In this document: in pieces, positions 1-9,074 of the stretch
Position numbering within the stretch: the first letter of the stretch is position 1
How the letters are laid out: each line of letters begins with the position of its first letter
Source of the DNA: an uncultured Acidimicrobiaceae bacterium
GTDB lineage: Bacteria; Actinomycetota; Acidimicrobiia; Acidimicrobiales; Bog-793
Direction: 5' to 3'
NCBI GenBank assembly: GCA_963831155.1
Contig: CAWHOY010000006.1
Location: forward strand, 778,987-842,986
DNA length: 64,000 bases
Notes under the pieces: model-generated
Told to the model about the DNA's origin: nothing
Databases searched by the model: none
The model's input: the letters and a program-made list of their open reading frames with translations, nothing else
Translations under genes and position numbers: made by a program

Positions 1-43
1 GCCTGAGCGGCGCATCTCCCCAGAATCCCGCCGCCGCGCGCCT

Positions 44-71
44 CCCCCGGTGCCCGTAAGGGCACCGGGGG
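44..71. terminator. Perfect GC-rich hairpin (12-bp stem, GTAA loop). Candidate terminator of the off-window upstream gene, or a leader structure.
   Basis: nt 44-55 CCCCCGGTGCCC pair perfectly with nt 60-71 GGGCACCGGGGG. An outer pairing joins TCCCCAGA (17-24) to TCTGGGGA (81-88). There is no U-tract and the strand is ambiguous. Confidence 0.35.
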
Positions 72-108
72 AGCACCATCTCTGGGGATCATCCGCGAGA
101 ATCGCGAC

Positions 109-618
109 GTGACCGATACCCAACCCGATGAACCTCAGCCGCTGATCATCGTCACCTCGCCCCAAGGCGCCCCCGCGCTCGGGAAGCCGGGAGAAAAGCC
201 GAACGACAACGAGTCGGTGGAGCGTCCGGCGAAGGTGATGCGGATCGGCTCGATGATCAAACAGCTCCTCGACGAAGTCGAAAAGGCGCCGCTCGACTCG
301 GCAAGCCGCGCCCGGATGAAGGAGATCTATGAGCGCTCGGTCGCCGAGCTCGCCGATGGCCTCTCCCCCGAGCTCGTCGAAGAGCTCGACCGACTGGCGC
401 TGCCCTTCGAATCCGAAGAGCCGAGCGATGCCGAGCTGCGGATCGCGCAGGCCCAGCTCGTCGGCTGGCTGGAAGGGCTGTTCCACGGGATCCAAGCGGC
501 GCTCTTCGCGCAACAGATCGCTGCGCAGTCCCAGCTCGAAGAGATGCGCCGCCGCAGCCTGCCAGCGGGATCGAGCGAGGAGACGCCACAACAAGATCGC
601 CCGGGTCCGTACCTCTAA
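109..618 (+). CDS. bpa: Bacterial proteasome activator Bpa (DUF2587 family)
   Basis: 169-aa ORF. The core PAKVMRIGSMIKQLL...DAELRIAQAQLVGWLEGLFHGIQAALFAQQ matches my memory of mycobacterial Bpa (Rv3780) almost residue for residue. The C-terminus ...GPYL resembles the GQYL proteasome-docking tail. Confidence 0.85.
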   Translation: MTDTQPDEPQPLIIVTSPQGAPALGKPGEKPNDNESVERPAKVMRIGSMIKQLLDEVEKAPLDSASRARMKEIYERSVAELADGLSPELVEELDRLALPFESEEPSDAELRIAQAQLVGWLEGLFHGIQAALFAQQIAAQSQLEEMRRRSLPAGSSEETPQQDRPGPYL

Positions 619-682
619 ACGACCTCTTCACCGCGCGGCGCCTCGCGGTAGAGTCGCCGGGGTTCGAATGACAACCCTGTAG

Positions 683-691
683 TTATCCACA
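683..691 (+). promoter_or_regulatory. Consensus DnaA-box 9-mer TTATCCACA in the dnaE leader
   Basis: Exact TTATCCACA lies 32 nt upstream of the dnaE ATG. It is AT-rich in a very GC-rich background. A TTCACC-16nt-TAGAGT promoter-like pair lies about 40 nt further upstream. Confidence 0.3.
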
Positions 692-722
692 CACGGGTGT
701 GGACGTCCTGTGGAGGCGCAGA

Positions 723-3700
723 ATGACGAGGTCGGATGCCGAGGCCTCATTCGTCCACCTCCACCAGCACACCGAGTTCTCGATGCTCGACGGCGCGGCG
801 CGCGTCAGAGACCTCGTCGAAGCGGCGGTCGCTGATCACCAGCCGGCGCTCGCGATCACCGACCACGGGAACATGTACGGGGTCCTCGACTTCTACGCGG
901 AGTGCAAGTCGAAGGGCATAACGCCGATCATCGGCATCGAGGCGTACATGGCGGCGAACTCGCGCTTCGACCGCCCGCTACGCCGCGGCCGTCTCGATGA
1001 CACGGGCGGCGAGGGCGAGCGCGGCGAGAAGTTGTACTACCACCTGACCGTGCTCGCGGAGACGACGACCGGCTACCGCAATTTGATGAAGCTCGCCTCC
1101 GACGCGTACTTGGAGGGCTACTTCTATAAGGCGCGGGCGGACTGGGACCTGTTCGAGCGCTACCACGAGGGCCTGATCGCGACGAGCGGATGCCTCGGCG
1201 GGGTCGTCGCGCAGGCTTTGTTGCACGGCGATGAGGCCGAAGCGAAATCGCTCGCCGGTCGTCTGCAGGACATCTTCGGACACGACAACTTCTTCATCGA
1301 GCTGCAGGACCATGGGATCCCCGATCAGCGCAAGATCAATCCGCATCTGGTCGAGATCGCCCGGGCGCTCGACGCGCCGTTGGTCGCGACGAACGATGCG
1401 CACTACTGCCGCAGAGAAGACGCCGTCGCGCACGACGCGCTGTTATGCGTGCAGACAGGAACGACTATCGACGACCCGAAGAGATTCAAGTTCGAAGGAT
1501 CCGAGCACTACCTGAAGCCGGCCGCGGAGATGCGCGACCTGTTCCGCGACCATCCCGACGCATGTGACAACACGCTGTGGATCGCGCGGCGGGCGAATGT
1601 CGAGATCGAGCTCGGCAAGCCGGTGCTGCCCGAGTTCCCGATCCCATCCGAGTTCCAGGCGGCTTCGCAAGAGGCCTCGGCGATGGCTTACCTACGCCAT
1701 CTCGCCATCCAGGGCGCAAAGGAACGCTTCGGCGATCCGTTCCCGGACGAGGTCGAAGAGCGCCTCGACTACGAACTCGGTGTCATCGAGAACATGGGGT
1801 TCGCCGCGTATTTCCTCGTCGTCTGGGACCTGATCGCCTACGCGCGCTCCGAGAACATCCGCGTCGGCCCCGGCCGGGGCTCTGCGGCTGGATGCCTCGT
1901 CGCCTACTGCCTGAGGATCGTCGACATCAACCCGATCCGGTACGGACTCGTTTTCGAGCGGTTCTTGAACCCGGGCCGCAAGCAGATGCCCGACATCGAC
2001 ATGGACTTCGACGAGCGCTACCGCTCCCAGATAATCAAGTACGCCGCCGAACGATACGGCTACGACCATGTCGCGCAGATCGTCACCTTCTCGCGCATCA
2101 AGGCCCGGGCCGCCGTGCGCGACGCGGCGCGCGTCCTCGGACTGCCGTACATCGTCGGTGATCGCGTCGCGAAGGCGATGCCGCCGCTTGTGATGGGAAG
2201 AGACACACCGCTCGACGCGTGCTTCGTAAAGCAGAAGGACTTCGAAAGCTCGTACGCCGCGGCAGCCGGGCTGCGGGAGATGTACGAAGCGGACGCCGAC
2301 GCGAAAACGGTGATCGACGTCGCCCGCGGACTCGAGGGATTGCGCCGCCAGGACGGCATCCACGCCGCTGCGGTCGTGATCACGAAAGAGCCGCTCACCG
2401 AGTACCTGCCCATCCAGCGCAAGCCGGAGCCCGGACAGGATCCGTCTGAGTCGCCGATCGTCACCCAGTACGAGATGCACGGCGTCGAAGCGCTCGGGCT
2501 GTTGAAGATGGACTTCCTCGGGCTGCGCAACCTGTCTGTGATCGAGACGGCGCTCGACCTCATCGAGCAGGCGACGGGTGAGCGACCCGACATCGACAAC
2601 GTGCCGCTCGACGACGAAAAGACCTTCGAGATGCTGCGGCGCGGCGACACGATTGGTGTCTTCCAGCTCGAAGGCGGCGCGATGCGAACGACGGTGCGCG
2701 CCCTCGCGCCGACGACCTTCGATCACGTCGCGGCGCTAGTTGCCCTCTACCGGCCCGGACCGATGGCCCAGGGATGGCACCGCGACTACCCCGAGCTGAA
2801 GAACGGCCGGATGCCGATCGTCTATCTGCATCCGGACATGGAACAGGTGCTCGGAGACACCTACGGTCTGATGCTCTACCAGGAGTCGGTGATGCGCGTC
2901 GCGCAGCGCTTCGCCGGCTACTCGCTCGAGGCCTCCGACAACTTGCGCAAGGCCGTCGGAAAGAAAGACCGCGACCTGATCGAGGCCGAGCGCGAGAAGT
3001 TCATCCAGGGTTGTGTCCACAACGGATACGGGGATCAGCTCGGCAACACGCTGTTCGAGCAGATCAAGCCCTTCGCCGACTACGCGTTCAACAAGTCCCA
3101 CGCCTACGGCTACGGGCTCGTCGCCTACCAAACCGCCTGGCTGAAGGCGAACTATCCGGTCGAGTACCTGGCCGCCTTGTTGTCCTCGGTGAAAGACGAC
3201 AAGGACAAGACCGCCGTCTACTTGGCCGAGTGCCGCAATCTCGGGATCAACGTGCGCGTGCCCGACATCAACGAATCGTCATCGAACTTCACCGCGAAAC
3301 GATCCGAGGATCCGTCTTCTGGTCCAGGGACGATCATCTTCGGGCTCTCGGCGGTCAGAAACGTCGGCGAGGGAGTCGTCGCGCAAATCGTCTCAGAGCG
3401 CCTGCGCAACGGTCCGTTCGCCGACTTCCACGACTTTTGCTGCCGGGTCGATCCGTTCGCGTTGAACAAGCGATCGGTCGAATCGCTCATCAAAGCGGGC
3501 GCCTTCGACAGCGTCGGCCATCCGAGAAAAGGGCTCTGCCTGGTCTCAGAAGAGGTCATCGATCACGTCTTGGAGCGCCGCCGCGAAGAAGAGCTCGGCA
3601 TCTCGACGCTGTTCTCGGTGCTCTCCGAGCCGGCCGCAGACGTGGCTTCCACACTCGATGAAGCACGGCGGGAAGTGCCCGACCTCGAGTTCGACAAGAC

Positions 3701-4334
3701 GGATCGGCTGGCGTTCGAAAAGGAGATGCTCGGCCTCTACGTCTCGGATCACCCGTTGATGGGACTCGAGGGCGCGCTCCGCCAGAAGACCGAGATCTCG
3801 CTGCGCGAGCTGTTGGACCAGGCGTCGGCCCCCGACGCGGTCGCCGACCTCGGCGCGCCGCGCATCGTCGGCGGCGTCGTGACGGCGCTCAACAGGCGAC
3901 GGACGCGCCGCGGTGAGCTCATGGCGACCTTCGTGCTCGAGGATTTGGAGTCGGCTATCGAGGTGTTCGTCTTCCCGTCGACGATGCGCGAGTACGGCAT
4001 GCGACTCGAGGACGACGCGATCGTCATCGTCCGGGGCCGACTCGACCTGCGGGAGGACACGCCGAAGTTCGTCGCGATGGAGGTCACCCGCCCGGAGATC
4101 TCTCCGGGCGACGGGCCGGGCCGCATCGAGGTCGCCGTCCCGGTCTCCTCGATAACCGACTCGATCGTCCAGAAGCTGAAAGAGCTCGTCACCGAGCACC
4201 CCGGCTCGGTGCCGGTTCACATCCGGCTGGGGCCGAAATTGATCCGGCTTCCTTCCCAGTTCAACGTGGAACCCGGCGCCGGTCTTGTCGGCGCCCTGAA
4301 GGAACTCCTCGGCCAGAATGCGGTCAGCGCGTAG
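723..4334 (+). CDS. dnaE: DNA polymerase III alpha subunit (DnaE1)
   Basis: The ORF opens at GTG 699. ATG 723 has GGAGG 7 nt upstream. It carries the PHP motif FVHLHQHTEFSMLDGA and is a full-length alpha subunit of about 1200 aa. Confidence 0.95.
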   Translation: MTRSDAEASFVHLHQHTEFSMLDGAARVRDLVEAAVADHQPALAITDHGNMYGVLDFYAECKSKGITPIIGIEAYMAANSRFDRPLRRGRLDDTGGEGERGEKLYYHLTVLAETTTGYRNLMKLASDAYLEGYFYKARADWDLFERYHEGLIATSGCLGGVVAQALLHGDEAEAKSLAGRLQDIFGHDNFFIELQDHGIPDQRKINPHLVEIARALDAPLVATNDAHYCRREDAVAHDALLCVQTGTTIDDPKRFKFEGSEHYLKPAAEMRDLFRDHPDACDNTLWIARRANVEIELGKPVLPEFPIPSEFQAASQEASAMAYLRHLAIQGAKERFGDPFPDEVEERLDYELGVIENMGFAAYFLVVWDLIAYARSENIRVGPGRGSAAGCLVAYCLRIVDINPIRYGLVFERFLNPGRKQMPDIDMDFDERYRSQIIKYAAERYGYDHVAQIVTFSRIKARAAVRDAARVLGLPYIVGDRVAKAMPPLVMGRDTPLDACFVKQKDFESSYAAAAGLREMYEADADAKTVIDVARGLEGLRRQDGIHAAAVVITKEPLTEYLPIQRKPEPGQDPSESPIVTQYEMHGVEALGLLKMDFLGLRNLSVIETALDLIEQATGERPDIDNVPLDDEKTFEMLRRGDTIGVFQLEGGAMRTTVRALAPTTFDHVAALVALYRPGPMAQGWHRDYPELKNGRMPIVYLHPDMEQVLGDTYGLMLYQESVMRVAQRFAGYSLEASDNLRKAVGKKDRDLIEAEREKFIQGCVHNGYGDQLGNTLFEQIKPFADYAFNKSHAYGYGLVAYQTAWLKANYPVEYLAALLSSVKDDKDKTAVYLAECRNLGINVRVPDINESSSNFTAKRSEDPSSGPGTIIFGLSAVRNVGEGVVAQIVSERLRNGPFADFHDFCCRVDPFALNKRSVESLIKAGAFDSVGHPRKGLCLVSEEVIDHVLERRREEELGISTLFSVLSEPAADVASTLDEARREVPDLEFDKTDRLAFEKEMLGLYVSDHPLMGLEGALRQKTEISLRELLDQASAPDAVADLGAPRIVGGVVTALNRRRTRRGELMATFVLEDLESAIEVFVFPSTMREYGMRLEDDAIVIVRGRLDLREDTPKFVAMEVTRPEISPGDGPGRIEVAVPVSSITDSIVQKLKELVTEHPGSVPVHIRLGPKLIRLPSQFNVEPGAGLVGALKELLGQNAVSA

Positions 4335-4489
4335 TCACACCCATTTCACCTGCGCTTGAGCAAGGGCGCGCTGGCGCCTCGTAGAATGGGAGCGTCCACA
4401 TCGCCCGTTTGGGCGGTTCCGCCTGCCCGGATAAGGACGGTGGCCCAGATTCTGGGTCGCCACACTCGAGCTGTGAGGGGTTGTCGAGA

Positions 4490-5161
4490 GTGATCGACGT
4501 CGTTACGAAAGATTGCACGGCGCTCAGCGATGCGGAAATCGCCGAGCTCGCAGACCTGTGCGCCGAGAACGACAACGGATATGAGATCGGGTTCCTCTCG
4601 AAGGTCCGTGAGGAGTGGGTGCTCGTCTCTCAGGCCCGCGAGAACAACAAGCTGCGCGGCTTTGCCTTCTCCACCCTCGAGCGGATCGGTGGTACGCCGA
4701 GCCTGCTCGTCGGTGTCGGGGCGTTCACTCGGATGAACGCCTCCGACCAGGCGCTGCGGGCCGTGATGCGCGACCTGTTCCGCCGGGCGGTCCTCGCCTT
4801 CCCCGACGAGGACGTCCTCGTCGGCACGCGGATGATCGACCCTTCGTGCTTCCGTGGCTACGGCGGGCTGTCCGACGTCGTGCCGCGCCCGGGCCACAAG
4901 CCCTCGGGCGAGGAACGGGCGTGGGGCCGCCGTCTCGCGAAGCGCTTCGGCGTCGACGGGCGCTTGGACGATCGGATCTTCGTCGTGAAAGGTGACGGCA
5001 ACGCGACCGGGATGCTCGACTATTCGCCGCGCAAAAAGCCGTCGATCGCCAACAAGCTCGACGAGCTGTTCAAGCCGGTGACGGCCTCACGTCGTGACAC
5101 TCTCGTCGCGTTCGGCTGGGCGATGGCCGAGGACCTCTCCGCTGGTTCCCTCCCCAAGTAG
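4490..5161 (+). CDS. Hypothetical protein (possible GNAT-like fold)
   Basis: ORF 4409-5161. The N-terminal 27 aa look like a non-coding read-in, so GTG 4490 (VIDVVTKD...) is my preferred start. Composition is coding-like. I recognise no motif. Confidence 0.45.
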   Translation: MIDVVTKDCTALSDAEIAELADLCAENDNGYEIGFLSKVREEWVLVSQARENNKLRGFAFSTLERIGGTPSLLVGVGAFTRMNASDQALRAVMRDLFRRAVLAFPDEDVLVGTRMIDPSCFRGYGGLSDVVPRPGHKPSGEERAWGRRLAKRFGVDGRLDDRIFVVKGDGNATGMLDYSPRKKPSIANKLDELFKPVTASRRDTLVAFGWAMAEDLSAGSLPK

Positions 5162-5920
5162 CGCTCGCACCTGCTTCTTGCCGCGGCCGGGGATCCGGCG
5201 CGGCAGCATCGCGACGACGACTTTCGGGGCGTGTCCCTCGCGTACCCGCCCCAACACGCAGACGAGGTAGCTCGGCCGGAAACCCAGCGTCTCAACGAGC
5301 GCGCCTTTCGTGAGCGGACCGGGGGAGCAGCCGAGGGCGCGCCCGGCGAGCGGATCGATGATCGGGATCTCCTGGGTGATCCCCGACCACGAGACCGACG
5401 CCACGAGTGTCCCGTCGAGGCGGGCCTGCAGCGCCAGCTCGCGCGGCGAGGTCTCCACGATCGCGACCGACTGCTGTGACCCGTCGAGGTCGGTGTAGGC
5501 GATCGAGGGTCCCGAACTGGCGAGCAGCGTCGCCCCTCGGCGCTGCGGCGCGGCGAGTTCGCGTAGCAGCCTCCGCACAGGTCGGAGGCGGGGGCGTCCG
5601 ACGTAGGTCGGCATCTCAGCGATCCCGATCGCCTCGGGGCGAGCCGGGTCGATCGTCTCGTCGTCGTTCGCGATTGGCACCGTGACGACGTCGAAGCGCG
5701 TCACGCGCCGGTCTCCTTCGGCGCTTTGAACGCGGAGGAACCTCGATGCCTCGTCGGGGCGGGACCGCAGCACCGCGCCGGTCGTGCAGTCGACGCCGAC
5801 CCATTCGCTCGACCCGGCGAACAGAACGAGGCACGTCAGCCCGGATCCGGCGACGGCACGAGGCCGCACGCCCGGGTGGATCCTTCTCGGCAGGCGGACG
5901 TGCGCCCGCGGCTCTTTCAT
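5087..5920 (-). CDS. Conserved hypothetical protein, translationally coupled to the upstream thioredoxin-domain gene
   Basis: ATG at 5920-5918 overlaps the TGA (5919-5917) of the upstream gene as ATGA. Only the C-terminal 277 aa of track ORF 5087-6874 look protein-like. The 3' end overlaps the convergent gene by 75 nt. Confidence 0.5.
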   Translation of the reverse strand: MKEPRAHVRLPRRIHPGVRPRAVAGSGLTCLVLFAGSSEWVGVDCTTGAVLRSRPDEASRFLRVQSAEGDRRVTRFDVVTVPIANDDETIDPARPEAIGIAEMPTYVGRPRLRPVRRLLRELAAPQRRGATLLASSGPSIAYTDLDGSQQSVAIVETSPRELALQARLDGTLVASVSWSGITQEIPIIDPLAGRALGCSPGPLTKGALVETLGFRPSYLVCVLGRVREGHAPKVVVAMLPRRIPGRGKKQVRALLGEGTSGEVLGHRPAERDESVTT

Positions 5921-7917
5921 CTGGCGCTGTCGATCGCGTCGCGCGCCGCGCTGGCGATCGCCCCGGCGACGCGTGAAGCGTCGTCCACCGGAGCGAGGCA
6001 GGCGCCCATCCGGCAGACGTAGACCCCTTCTTTTTCCTTGTCGCTCGCCAACGGACTCTTCGTCGACGAGCCGAGGATGACGACGCGCTCTGGCGCGTAT
6101 GGCCGCGCCGCGGCGCGGGTGAGCTGTTCGTCGCCACCGACGACGACGACTTCGACGGCGCCGACCTCGACGAACAATGCTGCCTCGACGAGCTGGGGAA
6201 AAGCGATCGGTGACTGCTTCAGCGCCACACCGGCCGCGTCGATCGTCGCACGGGCGCGTTCGGTGAACGTCTCGTCTCCGGTGATCGCGCCGAGTCGGGC
6301 GAGTGCATAGGCGGCGATCGAGCCCGCCGCAGGAGTGACGCCGTCGTGCAGCTCGCGTGGCCGCACGACGAGTGGCGTCGCGTCCAAACCGGTCTGGTAC
6401 CAGCCGCCGTCCTCGGCGGAGAACAGCGCCATGAGGTCGTGCGCGATCGCCGTCGCGGCGACGAAGTCCTCGGCGTCGCCGCTCATCTCGCCAAGGCGCG
6501 TGTAGGCGTCGACGAGCCACGCGTAGTCGTTGGCGACGGCGAGTTGTTCGGCGCGGCCTCGTGCGAAGCTGCGCAGCCACCGCCCGTCGGGACGGCGGAG
6601 GTGACCGCGCAGGAAAGCCGCGATCGCCCGCGCACCGTCGCGAAGGCGCGCGTCGCCCGTCGCACCGGCTGCTTCGGCGAGCACGGACACCGTCATCGCG
6701 TTCCACTCCGTGATCACCTGGTCGTCGAGTGACGGTCGGGTGCGCTTTGCGCGCGTCGCGAAGAGCTTCGCCCTTGCTTGTTCGATCGTCTCTGGGCGGA
6801 TCCACTCGCCGCGCACCGGTCGGTGTAGAACGTTGCGGCCTTCGAAGTTCCCCTTTTCGCTGACGCCGTACCAATCGGCCACGTGCGGGACCGCATCCCC
6901 CAGGACCGCGTCGAACTCGGATTGGCTCCAGACATAGAAGCGACCCTCTTCACCCTCCGAATCGGCGTCCTCGGCGGCGTAGATCCCGCCGCCCGGCGCG
7001 GCGAGGTCTCTCAGCACGTAGGAGAGCGTCTCGTCGACGATCTGGCGGTAACGCTGCTCACCGGTGGTCTGCCAGGCGTGGAGGTAGAGGCGGGCGAGGG
7101 CGGCCTGGTCGTAGAGCATCTTTTCGAAGTGCGGCACCTGCCATTCCCGGTCGACCGAGTAGCGGCAGAAGCCGCCGCCGAGATGGTCGTAGATGCCACC
7201 CGATGCCATCGCGTCGAGCGCGGCAAGCGCCATATCCGCCGCGCGGGTGTGACCGAGACGACCGCCATGGAGGGCGAGTTCGAGGATCGGAGCTTGCGGG
7301 AACTTCGGCGCCCGTCCGATGCCCGGGTGCTCTTCGTCGAACAGTTCGGTGAAGCGTTCGACGGCGCTGTCGGCGAGGTCGAGCGCCCGCGGCTTTGAGG
7401 CCGACGGTTCGGTGGCGTGCAAACGGCTCGCGACCGCGCTCGTGAGCGCCAACGCGTCGGCGTCGATCTCCACTCGGCGGTTCGCCCAGGCGTCGGAGAT
7501 CGCGTCGAGCACGTCCAGAAATCCGGGGGAGCCGTGGCGGGCGGTTTTCGGGAAGTACGTGCCGCCGAAGAAGGGCCGACCTTCGGGAGTCGCGAACACC
7601 GAGAGCGGCCAGCCGCCGTGCCCGGAGATCGCCTGCACGGCTTCGAGATAGATCGCGTCGATGTCCGGCCGTTCTTCGCGGTCGACCTTGATCGGGACGA
7701 ACGTCGCGTTCAGCCGCTTCGCGACCTCGTCGTCTTCGAAACTCTCGTGCGCCATGACGTGGCACCAGTGGCACGACGCGTAGCCGATCGAGATGAAAAG
7801 CGGCCGGTCGAGGTCGCGGGCGCGCTCGAGCGCCTCGTCGCCGAACGGCAGCCACTCGACTGGGTTGTCGGCGTGCTGGCGCAGATAGGGGCTGGCCTCG
7901 TCCTTGAGGGCGTTCAT
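5917..7917 (-). CDS. Thioredoxin-domain protein, DUF255/YyaL family (N-terminal Trx fold plus six-hairpin glycosidase-like domain)
   Basis: 666 aa. N-terminus SPYLRQHADNPVEWLPFGDEALERAR...FISIGYASCHWCHVMAHESF is typical of this family. Confidence 0.85.
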   Translation of the reverse strand: MNALKDEASPYLRQHADNPVEWLPFGDEALERARDLDRPLFISIGYASCHWCHVMAHESFEDDEVAKRLNATFVPIKVDREERPDIDAIYLEAVQAISGHGGWPLSVFATPEGRPFFGGTYFPKTARHGSPGFLDVLDAISDAWANRRVEIDADALALTSAVASRLHATEPSASKPRALDLADSAVERFTELFDEEHPGIGRAPKFPQAPILELALHGGRLGHTRAADMALAALDAMASGGIYDHLGGGFCRYSVDREWQVPHFEKMLYDQAALARLYLHAWQTTGEQRYRQIVDETLSYVLRDLAAPGGGIYAAEDADSEGEEGRFYVWSQSEFDAVLGDAVPHVADWYGVSEKGNFEGRNVLHRPVRGEWIRPETIEQARAKLFATRAKRTRPSLDDQVITEWNAMTVSVLAEAAGATGDARLRDGARAIAAFLRGHLRRPDGRWLRSFARGRAEQLAVANDYAWLVDAYTRLGEMSGDAEDFVAATAIAHDLMALFSAEDGGWYQTGLDATPLVVRPRELHDGVTPAAGSIAAYALARLGAITGDETFTERARATIDAAGVALKQSPIAFPQLVEAALFVEVGAVEVVVVGGDEQLTRAAARPYAPERVVILGSSTKSPLASDKEKEGVYVCRMGACLAPVDDASRVAGAIASAARDAIDSAR

Positions 7918-9053
7918 CCGCGTTGCCCAGCGAGGAGCTGGCGGACCGCGTCCCGCCGGACCTTTCCGATCGCGGTGCGCGGCAGGGCGTCAATGACGAC
8001 GACCTCGCGCGGTGCCGAGGCTGGGCCGAGAGTTTCAGCGACGTGCGCGCGCAGTTCGTCGAGACCCGGGGCTCGGTCTCCTTGTGCCTCGATGACCGCC
8101 ACGACACGTTCTTGCCACTCCGGATCGGCGACTCCCACGACCGCGACGTCACGCACGTTCTGGTGCTCGCGCAGGCGCTCTTCGACCGGCGTCGGCCACA
8201 CCATCTCGCCACCGGTGCGGATCACCTCCGCGATCCGGCCGAACACCTCGAGGCTGCCGTCTCCGCGCAGTCGGCCCGCGTCACCGGTCTTGAACCAGCC
8301 GTCGCGCTTCGGGTCGGATCCGTCGCGATAACAACGGAAGAGCATCGGGGCGCTGATCGCGATCTCGCCGCCGTCTTCGACGCGGAGCGAGACGTGATCG
8401 AGAGGCCATCCTTCATAGACGACGCCGCTTCCGGTCTCGGTCATGCCGTAGGTCGCTACGGCGTTCGCGGGTTTGTCCTTCGGGATCGCTCCGCCACCGA
8501 GAAGGATGGTGCGAAAACGCGCGGCGTCCGCTCCGAGACGCCGAGAAGCCGTTGGAACGAGCGATACCAGAGTCGCGCCGCGTCGCGCCGCGTCAATGAC
8601 GCGATCGGAGTCGAAAGAATCGTGGATCTCGAGCGGCGTCTTCGATGCGAGTGAGCGCGTGATCACGGAGAGCCCGCCGACGTGCGCGACCGGGAGGCAG
8701 CACAGCCAGCGGTCGTGGTCGGGATCGACACCGAGTCGCGTATTCGATGCCTCCGAGGAAGCCGCGATCGCGTCATGGGTAAGTACGACGCCGCGCGCCT
8801 CGCCGGTTGTCCCTGACGTCGCGATGACGAACGCATCGCCATCATCAACGGGATTCCCGCCGTCCAACGGCGTCTCGTTTCGTTCTTCGGCTACGACTGC
8901 GGCAGGTCGTAGCGTCTTCACGAGTCGGCGCTTCGCGCTTTCGGGCAGGCGCTGGTCGATCGGAAAGACGGCGTCGCCGCCGTCGTGTGCCCTGGTCATC
9001 GCCTCCACAAAGGGCGCGCCGCCGGGGAGATCAAGCGCGACCAGGCGATTCAC
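7914..9053 (-). CDS. menE: o-Succinylbenzoate-CoA ligase (short actinobacterial MenE type)
   Basis: Adenylate-forming motifs ATSGTTGEARGVVLTH, YGMTETGS and GWFKTGD. GTG 9053 is chosen because upstream ORF sequence is non-protein-like. ATGA overlap with the downstream gene. Lies in men gene context. Confidence 0.8.
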   Translation of the reverse strand: MNRLVALDLPGGAPFVEAMTRAHDGGDAVFPIDQRLPESAKRRLVKTLRPAAVVAEERNETPLDGGNPVDDGDAFVIATSGTTGEARGVVLTHDAIAASSEASNTRLGVDPDHDRWLCCLPVAHVGGLSVITRSLASKTPLEIHDSFDSDRVIDAARRGATLVSLVPTASRRLGADAARFRTILLGGGAIPKDKPANAVATYGMTETGSGVVYEGWPLDHVSLRVEDGGEIAISAPMLFRCYRDGSDPKRDGWFKTGDAGRLRGDGSLEVFGRIAEVIRTGGEMVWPTPVEERLREHQNVRDVAVVGVADPEWQERVVAVIEAQGDRAPGLDELRAHVAETLGPASAPREVVVIDALPRTAIGKVRRDAVRQLLAGQRG

Positions 9054-9074
9054 TACTACTAGCCTAACTGGGCG

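Noticed and set aside
5921-6874. N-terminal 318 aa of ORF 5087-6874. The upstream extensions of ORFs 7914-9482, 10840-12069, 25342-26619, 28725-29543, 32582-33934, 35547-36401, 42434-43699, 47644-48639, 48593-49006, 51106-52434 and 59742-60239 were treated the same way.
   Set aside because: The extensions overlap neighbouring real genes and have Arg-rich, non-protein-like composition. I chose internal starts where the homologous sequence begins, often at NTGA overlaps or after a visible RBS.
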